A DNA stretch of 32,000 nt from Telmatocola sphagniphila (GCF_018398935.1 NZ_CP074694.1:5160001-5192000), one strand, 5' to 3'. Numbered from the stretch's first letter, positions 1 to 10,048 are shown. Made by a program: numbers and translations. Notes: generated from the sequence alone by a model not told the origin.

Positions 1-1
1 C

Positions 2-1204
2 AAGAATAGCTCGGCGCCGATACTTCCGACCAAAATAACGGAATTTACCCCAATACAGGCAACTGTGCTTCTTGGCATTTCAGGGACTGCACTCAGAGCA
101 AAAATAAAACGATTAGGTCTTCCTGCCACTGGCAAAGGTAAGTCGCGCAAGTATCCCAGATCGACGCTAGAGTTCATCCTTGAAAAGACGAGCCAGGGGA
201 TTGGTCCTGCAACCGCCAATTGCTATGTGGCTGCTGCGAAGTCTTTCGGGAACTGGCTGCGAAAATCCCGACGGTCTCCTATAAACCCTTTTGAAAACTT
301 GGTTAGATTGAATGAATCTGGGGATATTCGACGAAAACGAAGCGAATTCTCGGTAAGCGAACTTCAGGAACTTTTGCAAACAACTCGCTTCAGTAAGCGA
401 ATCTACCGTGGACTGACTGGAGAAGATCGCTATCAGCTTTACCTTACCGCCTATGCAACCGCATTTAGAGCTACTCCTCTTTCCAAGTTAACTCCAGAGG
501 ATTTTCACTTCGATGCTGAGCTACCTTATGTCGCGCTAGCGGCTCGACACAATAAATGCTTGAAAGCGAAGGACCAACCTCTGATTGACTCAGTGCTGCC
601 AACCCTAAAACCCTACATTTCTACCAAACCGAAAGGGCTCCCCATCTGGGGTGGGACATGGGCAAAGGACCACAAGGGCGCTGAAATGTTGCGGGGTGAT
701 TTGGAAGAGGCAGGGATTCCGTACACTCTCGAAGGACCACACGGAGTAGAATATCGCGATTTTCACGCTCTAAGACATTCGGCACTGACTCATGCTGGCC
801 GAGCGGGGATGAACCTCATGGACATTCGAGAGATGGCAGGGCACGGAGACGTAAAAGTTACCCAGCGTTATGTGCACCGTCGTTTAGATGATGTAGCGGG
901 TAGCATGAATAAGTTGCCAAACATCCTAACTCTAGAGGGTAGCGAACGAGTCTTGGTTTCCTCTTCTATGGCTAGCGGGAAAAAATCTGCATCCATTCTG
1001 CATCCATATCCAGACGGCATTCCGGTTCATTCCCCATCATCCTCTGACAATAAACAGACAATTCCAGATAAGGGGCTACAAACGACAAAACCCCTGATTT
1101 CTCAAGGGTTTAGTGACCTACAGCCATCTTGCGACAGGTTGGGACAAAACGAGGATGACGGGACTCGAACCCGCAACCTCCGCCGTGACAGGGCGGCGCT
1201 CTAA
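2..1204 (+). CDS. Tyrosine recombinase / phage-type integrase, 5'-partial (frame open to the left window edge)
   Basis: The catalytic set is visible: R in 'AFRATPLSKL', H-x-x-R in 'FHALRHSALTH', 'MAGHGD' and the nucleophile Tyr in 'VTQRYVH'. 'LLGISGTALRAKIKRLGLP' looks like part of an N-terminal HTH. Codons 2-64 contain no stop and no ATG/GTG/TTG, so the true start is probably left of the window. The last ~18 codons (1150-1204) are antisense tRNA sequence. Confidence 0.85.
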   Translation, partial: KNSSAPILPTKITEFTPIQATVLLGISGTALRAKIKRLGLPATGKGKSRKYPRSTLEFILEKTSQGIGPATANCYVAAAKSFGNWLRKSRRSPINPFENLVRLNESGDIRRKRSEFSVSELQELLQTTRFSKRIYRGLTGEDRYQLYLTAYATAFRATPLSKLTPEDFHFDAELPYVALAARHNKCLKAKDQPLIDSVLPTLKPYISTKPKGLPIWGGTWAKDHKGAEMLRGDLEEAGIPYTLEGPHGVEYRDFHALRHSALTHAGRAGMNLMDIREMAGHGDVKVTQRYVHRRLDDVAGSMNKLPNILTLEGSERVLVSSSMASGKKSASILHPYPDGIPVHSPSSSDNKQTIPDKGLQTTKPLISQGFSDLQPSCDRLGQNEDDGTRTRNLRRDRAAL

Positions 1205-1223
1205 CCAATTGAGCTACATCCCC
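1150..1223 (-). tRNA. tRNA-Asp (anticodon GTC), 74 nt, no encoded CCA
   Basis: The reverse complement folds by hand into a cloverleaf. Acceptor GGGGATG/CATCCTC has one G-T pair. D stem is GCTC/GAGC. Anticodon stem is CCGCC/GGCGG with loop CTGTCAC. T arm is GCGGG-TTCGAGT-CCCGT. The discriminator is G. Confidence 0.9.
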
Positions 1224-1235
1224 AACCGATAGCTA

Positions 1236-1264
1236 AATATAAGCAGCCGACCCTCGCGCAGCAA
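1236..1264 (-). promoter_or_regulatory. Candidate sigma70-type promoter for tRNA-Asp
   Basis: On the minus strand there is TTGCTG (1264-1259), a 17-nt spacer, then TATATT (1241-1236), which ends 12 nt upstream of the tRNA 5' end. Confidence 0.35.
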
Positions 1265-1381
1265 GACCCCTCGACACATTTCCTTCACCGGTTTTGCCCC
1301 GCTCGTGGTACAATCCCTAAGAGCGTTTACCCGCCGCCCAGGTTCGCCCCGAAAATCTCCCGCTAACGAGGGTGCTCGGTT

Positions 1382-2047
1382 ATGTACTTTATCTTCGTCG
1401 TCCTCTTCAGCTTTTTCTGCCTGTTTCAGGCTCCGCGCGTTCAGTCTCCCGATAAAGAGCTGAACAAGTTCGAAAAAGAAATCGTGGCCTTCGAAGAACT
1501 GGACAAAAAACAGCCCGTGAAAACCGGCGGCATCCTTTTCGTCGGCAGCTCCACCATCCGCAAATGGAAACTCTCCAATAATTTCCCGGACCGAAGCGAT
1601 CTGATCAACCGCGGCTTCGGCGGCTCCGAGATTTCCGACAGCGTGAAGTACGCCAACCGAATTATTATCCCCTACAAACCCCGACAAATCGTCTTCTACG
1701 CCGGGGATAACGACCTGGCCAACTCCAAAAAGCCGGAAACCCTGCTGGAAGACTATCGTCAACTCGTTAAAGTGATTCGCCAGAGCCTGCCCGATACGGA
1801 GATTCTCTTTCTCTGCATCAAGCCGAGCCCGAGCCGGGAGAAACTACTACCCTTTCAAAATCAGGCTAACGCCTTGATCGAGGCCGAGATTCAGAAAGAC
1901 CCCAAGTCGAAATTCATCGATTTTCGCAAAGCGATTTTAGATCGCAACGGCATGGCCAAGCCCGAGCTGTTCGAGAAAGATCTGCTGCACCTGAATTTGG
2001 ACGGCTACATGCAAGTGGCCGAGGTGCTCAAACCGTACTTGAAATAA
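1382..2047 (+). CDS. SGNH/GDSL-family hydrolase (secreted or membrane-anchored esterase)
   Basis: The four SGNH blocks appear in order: 'FVGSSTI' (Ser block), 'GFGGSE' (Gly block), 'GDNDL' (Asn block) and 'DLLHL' (D-x-x-H). The N-terminus is hydrophobic. Confidence 0.85.
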   Translation: MYFIFVVLFSFFCLFQAPRVQSPDKELNKFEKEIVAFEELDKKQPVKTGGILFVGSSTIRKWKLSNNFPDRSDLINRGFGGSEISDSVKYANRIIIPYKPRQIVFYAGDNDLANSKKPETLLEDYRQLVKVIRQSLPDTEILFLCIKPSPSREKLLPFQNQANALIEAEIQKDPKSKFIDFRKAILDRNGMAKPELFEKDLLHLNLDGYMQVAEVLKPYLK

Positions 2048-2052
2048 CTGAA

Positions 2053-3177
2053 TTAGAATTTTAGCCCGAGTCGTAGCTGAACGTACGCGCTCGGCTTCAC
2101 CGCGACGCGGTCGTAGTTTTCATCGTTGTAAGTCCGGCCGCTGAAATAAAGCTGATCGAAGATGTAGCCGCCCTGTACGTCCAGCATGATATGCAGGGGG
2201 GCTTCCCAGCGGGCCCCGATGCTCAACCGTTTGTCGTAGGAGAACAGAAAATTGTCTGTGATAACGCGATCGGCCAGCAGATAAGCATCGTTATTCCATT
2301 CGAACCCGGTAAACAACTGCACCTGATCCGTCAATTCGTAGAAGAGATACGATTTCACGCGTCGGATCGGCAGGTAGCCGGCTTCCAGGCGCCATTTTTC
2401 GCAGAATCGCCAGCGAATATCGAACGGAACCCCAATATTGACCTGCAAATCCTTGGAAGGATTCCACTGGTAGGCAATCCCGGGTAGCGGATAGGGAATT
2501 TCGCTGACCGGCTGATAGAAGACCGAAAAGAGCCAGGCGTCGCCATTGTCGCGCGGCGTTTTCAGATAAGCCGTTACAAACGGATTCAATTCGTGAAAAC
2601 TGTGAAAAGGCTTATCGCTCGGCGTACCGATGTCCGCCTCGATGCCGAAGATCCAGCCATTTTCGAACTGATGTCGAAAGAACAGCCCGGGATCGACGTC
2701 ATATAAGTGTTTGGGGAACGGTACCCGGCTATTGGGCAGCATTGCAGTCGTGTTGAAATTGAGAGCCCGCATGCTGAGCGTGAAAACCAGCAGCCAGGTT
2801 TCATCTTGCTTGTAGAGCGGGACATTGACATCCATGTCCTGTCGCAGATAGCTCATGCTGGCGTTCTGGCCGTAGACTTTGCTGCGAAAAGTCTGTTGAA
2901 CCGAGTAATCGACCGGGAAGAATCCGGCCTGACCCAGAAAGGTCGAGGGCGTTTGGATGGCGATAGGCCCCGGGCTTTCGCCGATGTCGTCCTTTTCCCA
3001 GCCGGGGGTATTTGGATCTTTGCTTTTATCCGAGATCTTTTTGTCGATTTCCGGACGATCCGCCGGTTCGAGCGTACCCCACTGGGTCTGCTGACCGGCT
3101 GCCACCGGAGCCCAGCAGAGCATGAAAAAAGACAAAAGAAGACTGACCCGCGTCCCTGCGGGTAATCGGAAAATCAT
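2053..3177 (-). CDS. Putative outer-membrane beta-barrel protein (hypothetical)
   Basis: Long ORF with an internal start 'MIFRLPAGTRVSLLLSFFMLCWAPVAAGQQ' that looks like a signal peptide (ATG at 3177). The sequence is aromatic and Gly rich with alternating patterns, and the C-terminus '...LRLGLKF' ends in Phe like OM barrels. The track start at 3243 is probably an over-extension. Confidence 0.55.
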   Translation of the reverse strand: MIFRLPAGTRVSLLLSFFMLCWAPVAAGQQTQWGTLEPADRPEIDKKISDKSKDPNTPGWEKDDIGESPGPIAIQTPSTFLGQAGFFPVDYSVQQTFRSKVYGQNASMSYLRQDMDVNVPLYKQDETWLLVFTLSMRALNFNTTAMLPNSRVPFPKHLYDVDPGLFFRHQFENGWIFGIEADIGTPSDKPFHSFHELNPFVTAYLKTPRDNGDAWLFSVFYQPVSEIPYPLPGIAYQWNPSKDLQVNIGVPFDIRWRFCEKWRLEAGYLPIRRVKSYLFYELTDQVQLFTGFEWNNDAYLLADRVITDNFLFSYDKRLSIGARWEAPLHIMLDVQGGYIFDQLYFSGRTYNDENYDRVAVKPSAYVQLRLGLKF

Positions 3178-3356
3178 GAGGAGTAAATAATGAGATAGTG
3201 CCGGAGAAGCAAGATCAAACGGCAAGCGCGACAAAAACGGCAATTTTAAAGTCTTGAACGGACACTTTCTCTCAGTTTTTCATCACATAATCCGGGTAGA
3301 ATACGTTATGCGGGATAGATTCCGGATTCCCGTTCCTTCCGAATAGGGGGCCGACT

Positions 3357-3980
3357 ATGGCTCTCACCAGTGTTGATCGGACTTTACTGAGCCGCTGCCT
3401 GAAACACGATGTCGGCGCCTGGAATGATTTTGTCGACCGATTTCTCGGTCTGATCTATCATGTGGTGCGTTACACCGCCCATTTGCGCAGCACTCCTCTG
3501 AACGCCGAGGAAGTGGAGGATTTGGCTCAGGAGATCCTTCTGCAAATCATTTCCGACGATTACAAGATCCTCCGCCAGTTTCGCGGCAAAAGCTCCCTGG
3601 CGACCTATTTGACCGTGATTGCCCGCCGAATCTGCGTTCACGAACTGATGCGTCGGCAGGCTACCCGGAAACCGCTGCCACCGGAGATGCGGAAATCGAA
3701 TCCGGAAATGGAAATCTCGGCCGCCGAGCGTGTGGGACTGGATAAGCTGGAGGAAGTTCAGAAGCTGATGCGTAAATTGCCGACGAAAGAACGGCAGATC
3801 GTCCGGCTGTTTTATCTGGAGGGCCGGACTTACGAGGAAATTAGTACGGTTCTCGATGTGCCGGTGAATTCCATCGGCCCGGTTCTTACCCGGGCCCGCA
3901 AGCGACTAAGACATTATTCCGATCAGCAGGCCGAGAAGAAGCGGCAAGCCGCCCTCGCCCGGCAGCAGAACGGCGAATAA
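3357..3980 (+). CDS. ECF-type RNA polymerase sigma-70 family factor
   Basis: Region 2 is 'DLAQEILLQIISDDYKILRQFRGKSSLATYLTVIARR'. The region 4 HTH is 'LPTKERQIVRLFYLEGRTYEEISTVLDVPVNSIGPVLTRARKRLR'. Confidence 0.9.
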   Translation: MALTSVDRTLLSRCLKHDVGAWNDFVDRFLGLIYHVVRYTAHLRSTPLNAEEVEDLAQEILLQIISDDYKILRQFRGKSSLATYLTVIARRICVHELMRRQATRKPLPPEMRKSNPEMEISAAERVGLDKLEEVQKLMRKLPTKERQIVRLFYLEGRTYEEISTVLDVPVNSIGPVLTRARKRLRHYSDQQAEKKRQAALARQQNGE

Positions 3981-3998
3981 GGTGCTTGACGAATTTAC

Positions 3999-4520
3999 TT
4001 ACTTTTTGCGTTTATAAACGGACGAGAACGTCGGATCTTTGCCGTCACCAGAGTACATGGTGAAGTTGATGGTGTTATCGTCCACGAATTCCAGCACGCT
4101 TTTTTGCTTTTCCATTTTGCCGTCCATGCCTCGACCTTCCCCGGTCATCGTCAGGGTCTTTTTGGCTTTATCGTAAGTCCCTTCCGAAGTGGTGGGTAGG
4201 GTAACCATATTGTCGAACCAGACAGTCAGGTATTTTTTCTTCTGATCGTCGTAAGAATTCATGCCGTGGCCCTGGTATTTAAATCCGCCAAAATCCACGC
4301 TCAAATCGTTGGCGATCCAGACGCCGTTCAATTCAGATTTATAAGTGATGGTTCCCAGAGATTCGTTTCCGCCATCTTTCATACTGATGTTCCAGGTGCC
4401 GACTAATTTTTTCAGAACATCGTATTCTGGGCCTTGTTTAGGTGGTTCCTGCCCTCGGGCACCAGAAACGCCCAAAAACAAAAGCGCCAGGGCCAGAGTG
4501 ATCAAATTTCGCTTCTTCAT
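3999..4520 (-). CDS. Secreted DUF1579-like protein
   Basis: Signal peptide 'MKKRNLITLALALLFLGVSGARG'. The pattern 'LKKLVGTWN...GVWI...GHGMNSYDDQKKKYLTVWFDNM' matches my recollection of DUF1579. A GGGAG-type RBS lies upstream on the minus strand. Confidence 0.7.
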   Translation of the reverse strand: MKKRNLITLALALLFLGVSGARGQEPPKQGPEYDVLKKLVGTWNISMKDGGNESLGTITYKSELNGVWIANDLSVDFGGFKYQGHGMNSYDDQKKKYLTVWFDNMVTLPTTSEGTYDKAKKTLTMTGEGRGMDGKMEKQKSVLEFVDDNTINFTMYSGDGKDPTFSSVYKRKK

Positions 4521-4702
4521 AACGCACTCCCAAATGAAATAGCCGCCCTTGGGACACTCGCCGAATGAGCCGCTATGGTATTGGTCTTCCGTGAATATCC
4601 AGGTACCCAGCTCCTGGAGCGACAGTATTGTGTATTAATGTACACTACACTATTGGCCGTGGCTAGCCAATTACTTCAAAAGTTTTCGAAGGTGACGGCG
4701 AT

Positions 4703-5911
4703 TTACGCCGACCAATCCTCCGGCTGCATGACCTCGATCATATCTTCTGAAGGGAATTGCTTCACGGAAAATCGCGGCGGGTAGACATCCAACAGCTCGA
4801 TGGAGTCTCTGGCAACGGCCTGCAAGCGTTCCCAGCGGACGAAGCGCAGTTTCTCTTTCTCCGAATCGTACAACGAGACGTAATCGGCCTGGGGCAGCCA
4901 GCTCGGCACGTCCTTGGTCCAGACGCAATAGCTGAGGAATTCTCCCTGCCGTTCCAGAACGGTCAGGGAAGCCACGAAGATATCGAGCCCCAGTTTTTCG
5001 TGCTGTTTATCGAGCAGCGTCTTCTGCTCAGCGTACTCACTCGCGAGATACCCCAGTTCCAGTTTCTTAAATTCGCCCCGATGCGGGTGCTCAACCGGCA
5101 AGAGCCAGGTTTCCCAGCGGTCCCCAATCAAGCGGATGGGAATCGGGCAAAGCGGCCGGGCTTCGTTTTGTTTGGTGCGGGCGATATCCAGCATCATCCT
5201 CAGACCTTCAGTATCCTCCGAGCCGGTGAGCAACAAGCAATCACGGCTCAGGGGCAAGGCCATCGGGTCGCCTTGGAATTTCAATTCGCGAATGCGAGCC
5301 TTATTGAGAATCCGGGTGCCATCGTAAGCATCTCCGGTCTCCAGAACGTACAGTTTCTCATTCAATTCCATCATGACGGCGGGCAGATTTTTCAGATTTT
5401 CCAGTGCGATTTGAAACGCTTCTTCGAACGTGACGCCCCAGTGGTTCAGATTATCCTGATTCACAAAGCGTATAGTTGTCGGCAGATCGTAAACCAGGCA
5501 GATGATTAAATGATCGGTCAACGGCAGCATCGGCAACTCGAATTTGTCGCTGCCGGCCAATTCCTGTTCCAACTTGAATACTTCGATCAGAGCGCGTGAG
5601 CGAACGGTAGGCAGGAGATCCGGTTTGACGTCTTCGAATTCTTCCGGAGTTTCCATCGGATTGAGCAATCCTCTGCAAACGCGATCCAGCATGCTATTGC
5701 GAACCGACTTGGGCAGGTTACAATATTCGATGTAGAGATTGCGGAGATTGGTGATGCCGGCCTGCTCGCCCTCTTCGGTATGGATCAGCCGAAATTCCTT
5801 CGGATCGTATTGGCAAGGGCGTTTGTCGCCGGCTTTGCGTAAGGCGTTGAGCAGGATTTTCGCAAACTGGTCCTGACTGGGCGGGCCAAAGAATCGGCTG
5901 AACAATCCCAT
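4703..5911 (-). CDS. Hypothetical protein (about 402 aa)
   Basis: Long ORF. The most plausible start is ATG at 5911 ('MGLFSRFFGPP...'), preceded by GGGAGAG 8 nt upstream. The 67 extra codons in the track ORF look like read-through. I recognise no motif with confidence. Confidence 0.75.
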   Translation of the reverse strand: MGLFSRFFGPPSQDQFAKILLNALRKAGDKRPCQYDPKEFRLIHTEEGEQAGITNLRNLYIEYCNLPKSVRNSMLDRVCRGLLNPMETPEEFEDVKPDLLPTVRSRALIEVFKLEQELAGSDKFELPMLPLTDHLIICLVYDLPTTIRFVNQDNLNHWGVTFEEAFQIALENLKNLPAVMMELNEKLYVLETGDAYDGTRILNKARIRELKFQGDPMALPLSRDCLLLTGSEDTEGLRMMLDIARTKQNEARPLCPIPIRLIGDRWETWLLPVEHPHRGEFKKLELGYLASEYAEQKTLLDKQHEKLGLDIFVASLTVLERQGEFLSYCVWTKDVPSWLPQADYVSLYDSEKEKLRFVRWERLQAVARDSIELLDVYPPRFSVKQFPSEDMIEVMQPEDWSA

Positions 5912-6135
5912 GGAATACTCTCCCGCCGGTTTGAATCTGACTGTTTGAGATAGGAGATCCCTGTCTGAGTACCATCCGGAAATATACCCCCAAAACAGCA
6001 GGCAATCAGTCATCAATAAGTAGTGAAAATAGCGTTTTGATGATTCCCCCCCGCGGATATTCGACCGCTCGCGACGGCCATAGAATAACGAAATATTAAC
6101 TCTCCCCAACACCCCCAGGTTCGGAGCTTTCCACC

Positions 6136-8553
6136 ATGCGATTGGGTTGTTTGGCCTTTGTTCTGCTCCTGCCGGGCCTCTTACGAGCCGCTCCGCCCGT
6201 TTCTTACGGTCGGGATGTCCGACCGATCCTGTCCGAGAACTGTTTCTACTGCCACGGACAGGATACCAACCACCGCAAGGCCGATCTGCGCCTGGATACG
6301 GCCGAGGGGCAGAAAGCTGAAAAGCTCATCATCCCCGGTAAGCCGTCGGAGAGCGAACTGGTGCAGCGCATCCTGAGCCACGATGCCGATAAAATGATGC
6401 CGCCGCCCAAATCGAATCGCAAACTGACCGATGCCCAAAAAGAAATTTTGCAGCGCTGGATCGCCGAAGGAGCCAAATTCGAAGGGCACTGGGCATTTCA
6501 AACGCCGGTCCGCCCGGCCGTGCCCAAAGTTGCTTCTGTCAGCAATCCGATTGATGCCTTCATTCGATCCAAGTTGGCCGCTGAAAAAATCTCCCCGGCA
6601 TCCGAAGCCGAAAAAACGGCTCTCATTCGTCGGTTGACGCTCGATCTCATCGGCTTACCACCGACCCCGGAGGAGGTCGATGCCTTTCTGAAAGACACAT
6701 CAGCCAATGCTTATGAGAAAGTCGTCGATCGATTGTTGGCTAATCCGCACTACGGCGAGCGCATGGCCCTGCCCTGGCTCGATGCCGCCCGCTACGCCGA
6801 CAGCAATGGCTTCCAACAGGACGGCGATACTTTCCAATGGGTCTGGCGCGATTGGGTCGTCAAAGCGTTGAACGACAATATGCCCTACGATCGTTTCAGT
6901 ATCGAGCAACTGGCCGGCGACTTGCTACCCAACGCCACGCTCGATCAAAAAATCGCATCGGCCTTTAATCGCAATCACCTGGTCAACGGTGAAGGCGGCG
7001 CCATCCCGGAAGAGCAGCGTTTCAACATTCTTTTTGATCGGGTGGATGTGACCGCAACCAATTGGCTGGGCTTGACAATGGCGTGCTGTCAGTGCCACGA
7101 CCATAAATACGATCCGCTGACCCAGAAAGATTATTATTCGCTGTTGGCGGCCTTCAACAACGTGAGCGAAAACGGGGCCGCGGGCTACCAGTCTTCCAAG
7201 ACGCGCGTTTCGCCTCCTTTCATTGAAGCTCCTTCGCCGGAACAAAAAGCCATGGCCGCTTCGCTCGATAAAATCGCTGGCGATTTGCGCAGCGCGTTGA
7301 CCGAAAAGCAAAAGCTTTGGGAACTGCGTGCCAAGAACGACAAAAAACTGGAAGCGATCCTGAAGAATCCGGCTCAAGCGAAGACTCATTTCGAGGAGAA
7401 GGTGGAAGCGAAACTGGCCGAGCTGGTGAAAGCGGCCGAAGCGGAAGCGCGAAATTATAAGGCGGATGAAATTCCCAAAGTCATGATCATGGCCGATGAT
7501 CGACCGCGGGAAAGCCATATCCTCGATCGCGGCGAGTATCTCAAAAAGAAAGAAAAAGTCACCTTCGCCGTACCGGCCACCTTACCCCCACTGCCCAAAG
7601 AGGCTCCCAAAAATCGGCTCGGCCTGGCCCGCTGGCTATTCACTCCCGAACATCCCCTAACGGCCCGCGTGGCGGTCAACCGGATGTGGCAAACCTTCTT
7701 CGGCGTCGGTCTGGTGAAAACCAGTGAAGACTTCGGGGTGCAGGGCGATGTTCCTCTACAAGCGGAATTGCTCGATTGGCTGGCCGTGGAGTTTCGCGAG
7801 TCGGGCTGGAACGTCAAAAAAATACATCGACTGATCGTGACCAGTGCCACTTATAAACAAAGCTCGCGCGTTTCCGCCGAAGTTTTAGCCAAGGATCCGG
7901 AAAACCGATACCTGACCCGCTTTCCACGCGTCCGGCTGCCGGCCATGATCCTACGCGATCTGGCCCTGGCGACGAGCGGTTTACTCGATTTGCGCATCGC
8001 CGGTAAACCTGTCTATCCTTATCAGCCCGACGGTATCTGGGAGACGCTGGCAATCACCAAGGAACGCGATTTCACTTATCCGAACTCGAGCGGTGCCGAT
8101 CTCTATCGCCGCAGCCTCTACACCTTCTGGCGACGGACGATCAGCCCGGCCAATATGTTCGATGCCTCGGCCCGGCAGGTCTGCAAAGTGAAACCTTCCG
8201 TAACCAACACGCCGTTGCACGCTCTGACGACCTTGAACGATCCGACTTGGACCGAAGCCGCCCGGGCTCTGGCCGTCAAGACGGTCAAGAGCGAGGCGAA
8301 TACCGATGGCCGGCTGGCGTACATCTATCGTCGTGTCCTGTCTCGAGCGCCTACCGAGAAGGAAAAGAAGATTCTGCAGCGAATGCTCGACGAACAGACC
8401 GCCTTCTACAAGAAGGATGAACCGGCCGCGAAAAAATTGCTGAGTGTCGGCGCCAGCCCGATGGACCCCAGCGTCGATGCAGTGACCCAGGCGGCCTGGA
8501 CCAACCTCTGTCTGGCGATTTTCAATTTGGACGAAGCTCTCACCCGCGAGTAA
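6136..8553 (+). CDS. PSCyt1/DUF1549/DUF1553 (PSD1) family protein, planctomycete cytochrome-c-domain protein
   Basis: Signal peptide, heme motif 'CFYCHG' (CxxCH), 'DLIGLPPTPEEVDAF' (DUF1549-type), and 'CCQCHDHKYDP' plus C-terminal DUF1553-type blocks. Confidence 0.9.
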   Translation: MRLGCLAFVLLLPGLLRAAPPVSYGRDVRPILSENCFYCHGQDTNHRKADLRLDTAEGQKAEKLIIPGKPSESELVQRILSHDADKMMPPPKSNRKLTDAQKEILQRWIAEGAKFEGHWAFQTPVRPAVPKVASVSNPIDAFIRSKLAAEKISPASEAEKTALIRRLTLDLIGLPPTPEEVDAFLKDTSANAYEKVVDRLLANPHYGERMALPWLDAARYADSNGFQQDGDTFQWVWRDWVVKALNDNMPYDRFSIEQLAGDLLPNATLDQKIASAFNRNHLVNGEGGAIPEEQRFNILFDRVDVTATNWLGLTMACCQCHDHKYDPLTQKDYYSLLAAFNNVSENGAAGYQSSKTRVSPPFIEAPSPEQKAMAASLDKIAGDLRSALTEKQKLWELRAKNDKKLEAILKNPAQAKTHFEEKVEAKLAELVKAAEAEARNYKADEIPKVMIMADDRPRESHILDRGEYLKKKEKVTFAVPATLPPLPKEAPKNRLGLARWLFTPEHPLTARVAVNRMWQTFFGVGLVKTSEDFGVQGDVPLQAELLDWLAVEFRESGWNVKKIHRLIVTSATYKQSSRVSAEVLAKDPENRYLTRFPRVRLPAMILRDLALATSGLLDLRIAGKPVYPYQPDGIWETLAITKERDFTYPNSSGADLYRRSLYTFWRRTISPANMFDASARQVCKVKPSVTNTPLHALTTLNDPTWTEAARALAVKTVKSEANTDGRLAYIYRRVLSRAPTEKEKKILQRMLDEQTAFYKKDEPAAKKLLSVGASPMDPSVDAVTQAAWTNLCLAIFNLDEALTRE

Positions 8554-10016
8554 TGAACATGGAACCAATCATTGCGGATACCTTCGCTCGCATGACCCGT
8601 CGGCAGATGTTCGGTCAATCCGCGACCGGTCTGGGCCTGGCGGCACTCGCGACCTTGCTGGGAGAAGAGACTCAAGCCGCCGATAAGAAGCCGGGTCAAC
8701 CGGGGCTGCCCGGCTTGCCGCACCACGCGGCCAAGGCCGATCGGATGATCTACCTCTGGCAGGGGGGCGGCCCTTCGCATCTCGATTTATACGACCCCAA
8801 ACCGACGCTGGAAAAGTTCAAACTTCAGGATCTGCCCGAAAGCGTGCGCGGCACCACCCGGCTTTCGACGATGACATCGGGTTACAAAAAGTGGCCGGTG
8901 GTTCCCGCCATCAAGCCCTACAAAAAATGGGGTAAAAGCGGCCTGGAAATCAGCACGCTCCTTCCAAACATCGGCAGTATCGCCGACGATATCTGCGTGG
9001 TGCGCTCGATGAACACCGAGGCGGTGAATCATGCTCCGGGTGTGACTTTCTTTCTGACCGGTAGTCAGGTGCCGGGGCGGCCGAGCATGGGCGCCTGGGT
9101 GACCTACGGGTTAGGGAGTGCCGCCGCCGAGCTTCCGGCTTTCGTGGTCATGACCTCGTCCGATAAAACTCGCAGTTGCGGCCAGCTTTTCTACGACTAT
9201 TATTGGGGCAGCGGTTTTCTTCCCAGCAAATATCAGGGCACTCGCTTCCGAGCGGTTGGCGATCCCGTACCGTATCTGAATAATCCCGCCGGTGTCAGCC
9301 CGGAAGGCCGCCGCAAATTGCTCGATGGCTTGCAGGAGTTGAACCAGCAGCATCTGGCCGAATACGGCGATCCGGAAATCGACACGCGCATCAGCCAGTA
9401 CGAGATGGCTTTCCAGATGCAATCGAGCGTGCCGGGCTTGCTGGATTTCAGCAACGAGCCCAAGCATATCCTCGAGATGTACGGTCCTCAGGTCCATGAG
9501 CCGGGAACTTATGCCCGGCACTGCCTGATCGCCCGTCGACTCTTGGAGCGAGGCACGCGCTTCGTACAGCTGATGCACAGCGGCTGGGACCAGCACGGCA
9601 ATCTGTACACGCAACTGGAAGGCCAGTGCCAGGACACCGATCAGCCCTCGGCGGCTTTGGTCAAGGATCTCAAACGTTTAGGTTTACTCGATAAGACTCT
9701 TGTAGTCTGGGGCGGCGAGTTCGGACGGACCCCTTTTGGCCAAGGTCCCGCCGAGAAACCGAATGGACGCGACCACTTCGGCCGGGCTTTCAGTCTCTGG
9801 ATGGCAGGCGGCGGTGTCAAAGGCGGCCATGTGCATGGCGAAACCGACGAATGGGCCTGGAACATCGTCAAAGATCCCGTGCATGTTCACGATCATCAGG
9901 CGACGATTCTTCACCTGTTGGGTATCGACCATACCCGTCTGACTTACCGCTATCAGGGACGGCAGTTCCGACTCACGGATATTCATGGTAATGTGGTTCG
10001 AGGCGTCATGTCTTGA
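8553..10016 (+). CDS. DUF1501 domain protein (sulfatase-fold, Tat-exported)
   Basis: Twin-arginine signal 'MTRRQMFGQSATGLGLAALATLL'. DUF1501 blocks 'GGPSHLDLYDPKP', 'VVWGGEFGRTP' and 'GRDH'. The start ATG overlaps the upstream stop (TAATG). Confidence 0.9.
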   Translation: MNMEPIIADTFARMTRRQMFGQSATGLGLAALATLLGEETQAADKKPGQPGLPGLPHHAAKADRMIYLWQGGGPSHLDLYDPKPTLEKFKLQDLPESVRGTTRLSTMTSGYKKWPVVPAIKPYKKWGKSGLEISTLLPNIGSIADDICVVRSMNTEAVNHAPGVTFFLTGSQVPGRPSMGAWVTYGLGSAAAELPAFVVMTSSDKTRSCGQLFYDYYWGSGFLPSKYQGTRFRAVGDPVPYLNNPAGVSPEGRRKLLDGLQELNQQHLAEYGDPEIDTRISQYEMAFQMQSSVPGLLDFSNEPKHILEMYGPQVHEPGTYARHCLIARRLLERGTRFVQLMHSGWDQHGNLYTQLEGQCQDTDQPSAALVKDLKRLGLLDKTLVVWGGEFGRTPFGQGPAEKPNGRDHFGRAFSLWMAGGGVKGGHVHGETDEWAWNIVKDPVHVHDHQATILHLLGIDHTRLTYRYQGRQFRLTDIHGNVVRGVMS

Positions 10017-10048
10017 TTTGTTCCCGGCTTGGAAGCGGAAAGGATTTT

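Noticed and set aside
4620-4672. Small palindromes ('TGTATTAATGTACA', 'ATTGGC...GCCAAT') upstream of the DUF1579 gene, considered as operator sites.
   Set aside because: They are short (4-6 bp arms), imperfect and of unknown partner. They are not distinguishable from chance in an AT-richer intergenic region.
5912-6112. The N-terminal 67-codon extension of the 4703-6112 ORF. The same issue applies to 3178-3243 of the OM-barrel-like ORF and 30471-30551 of the HEPN ORF.
   Set aside because: Internal ATGs with good RBS or signal-peptide context (5911, 3177, 30470) give more plausible proteins. The extensions have an odd composition.
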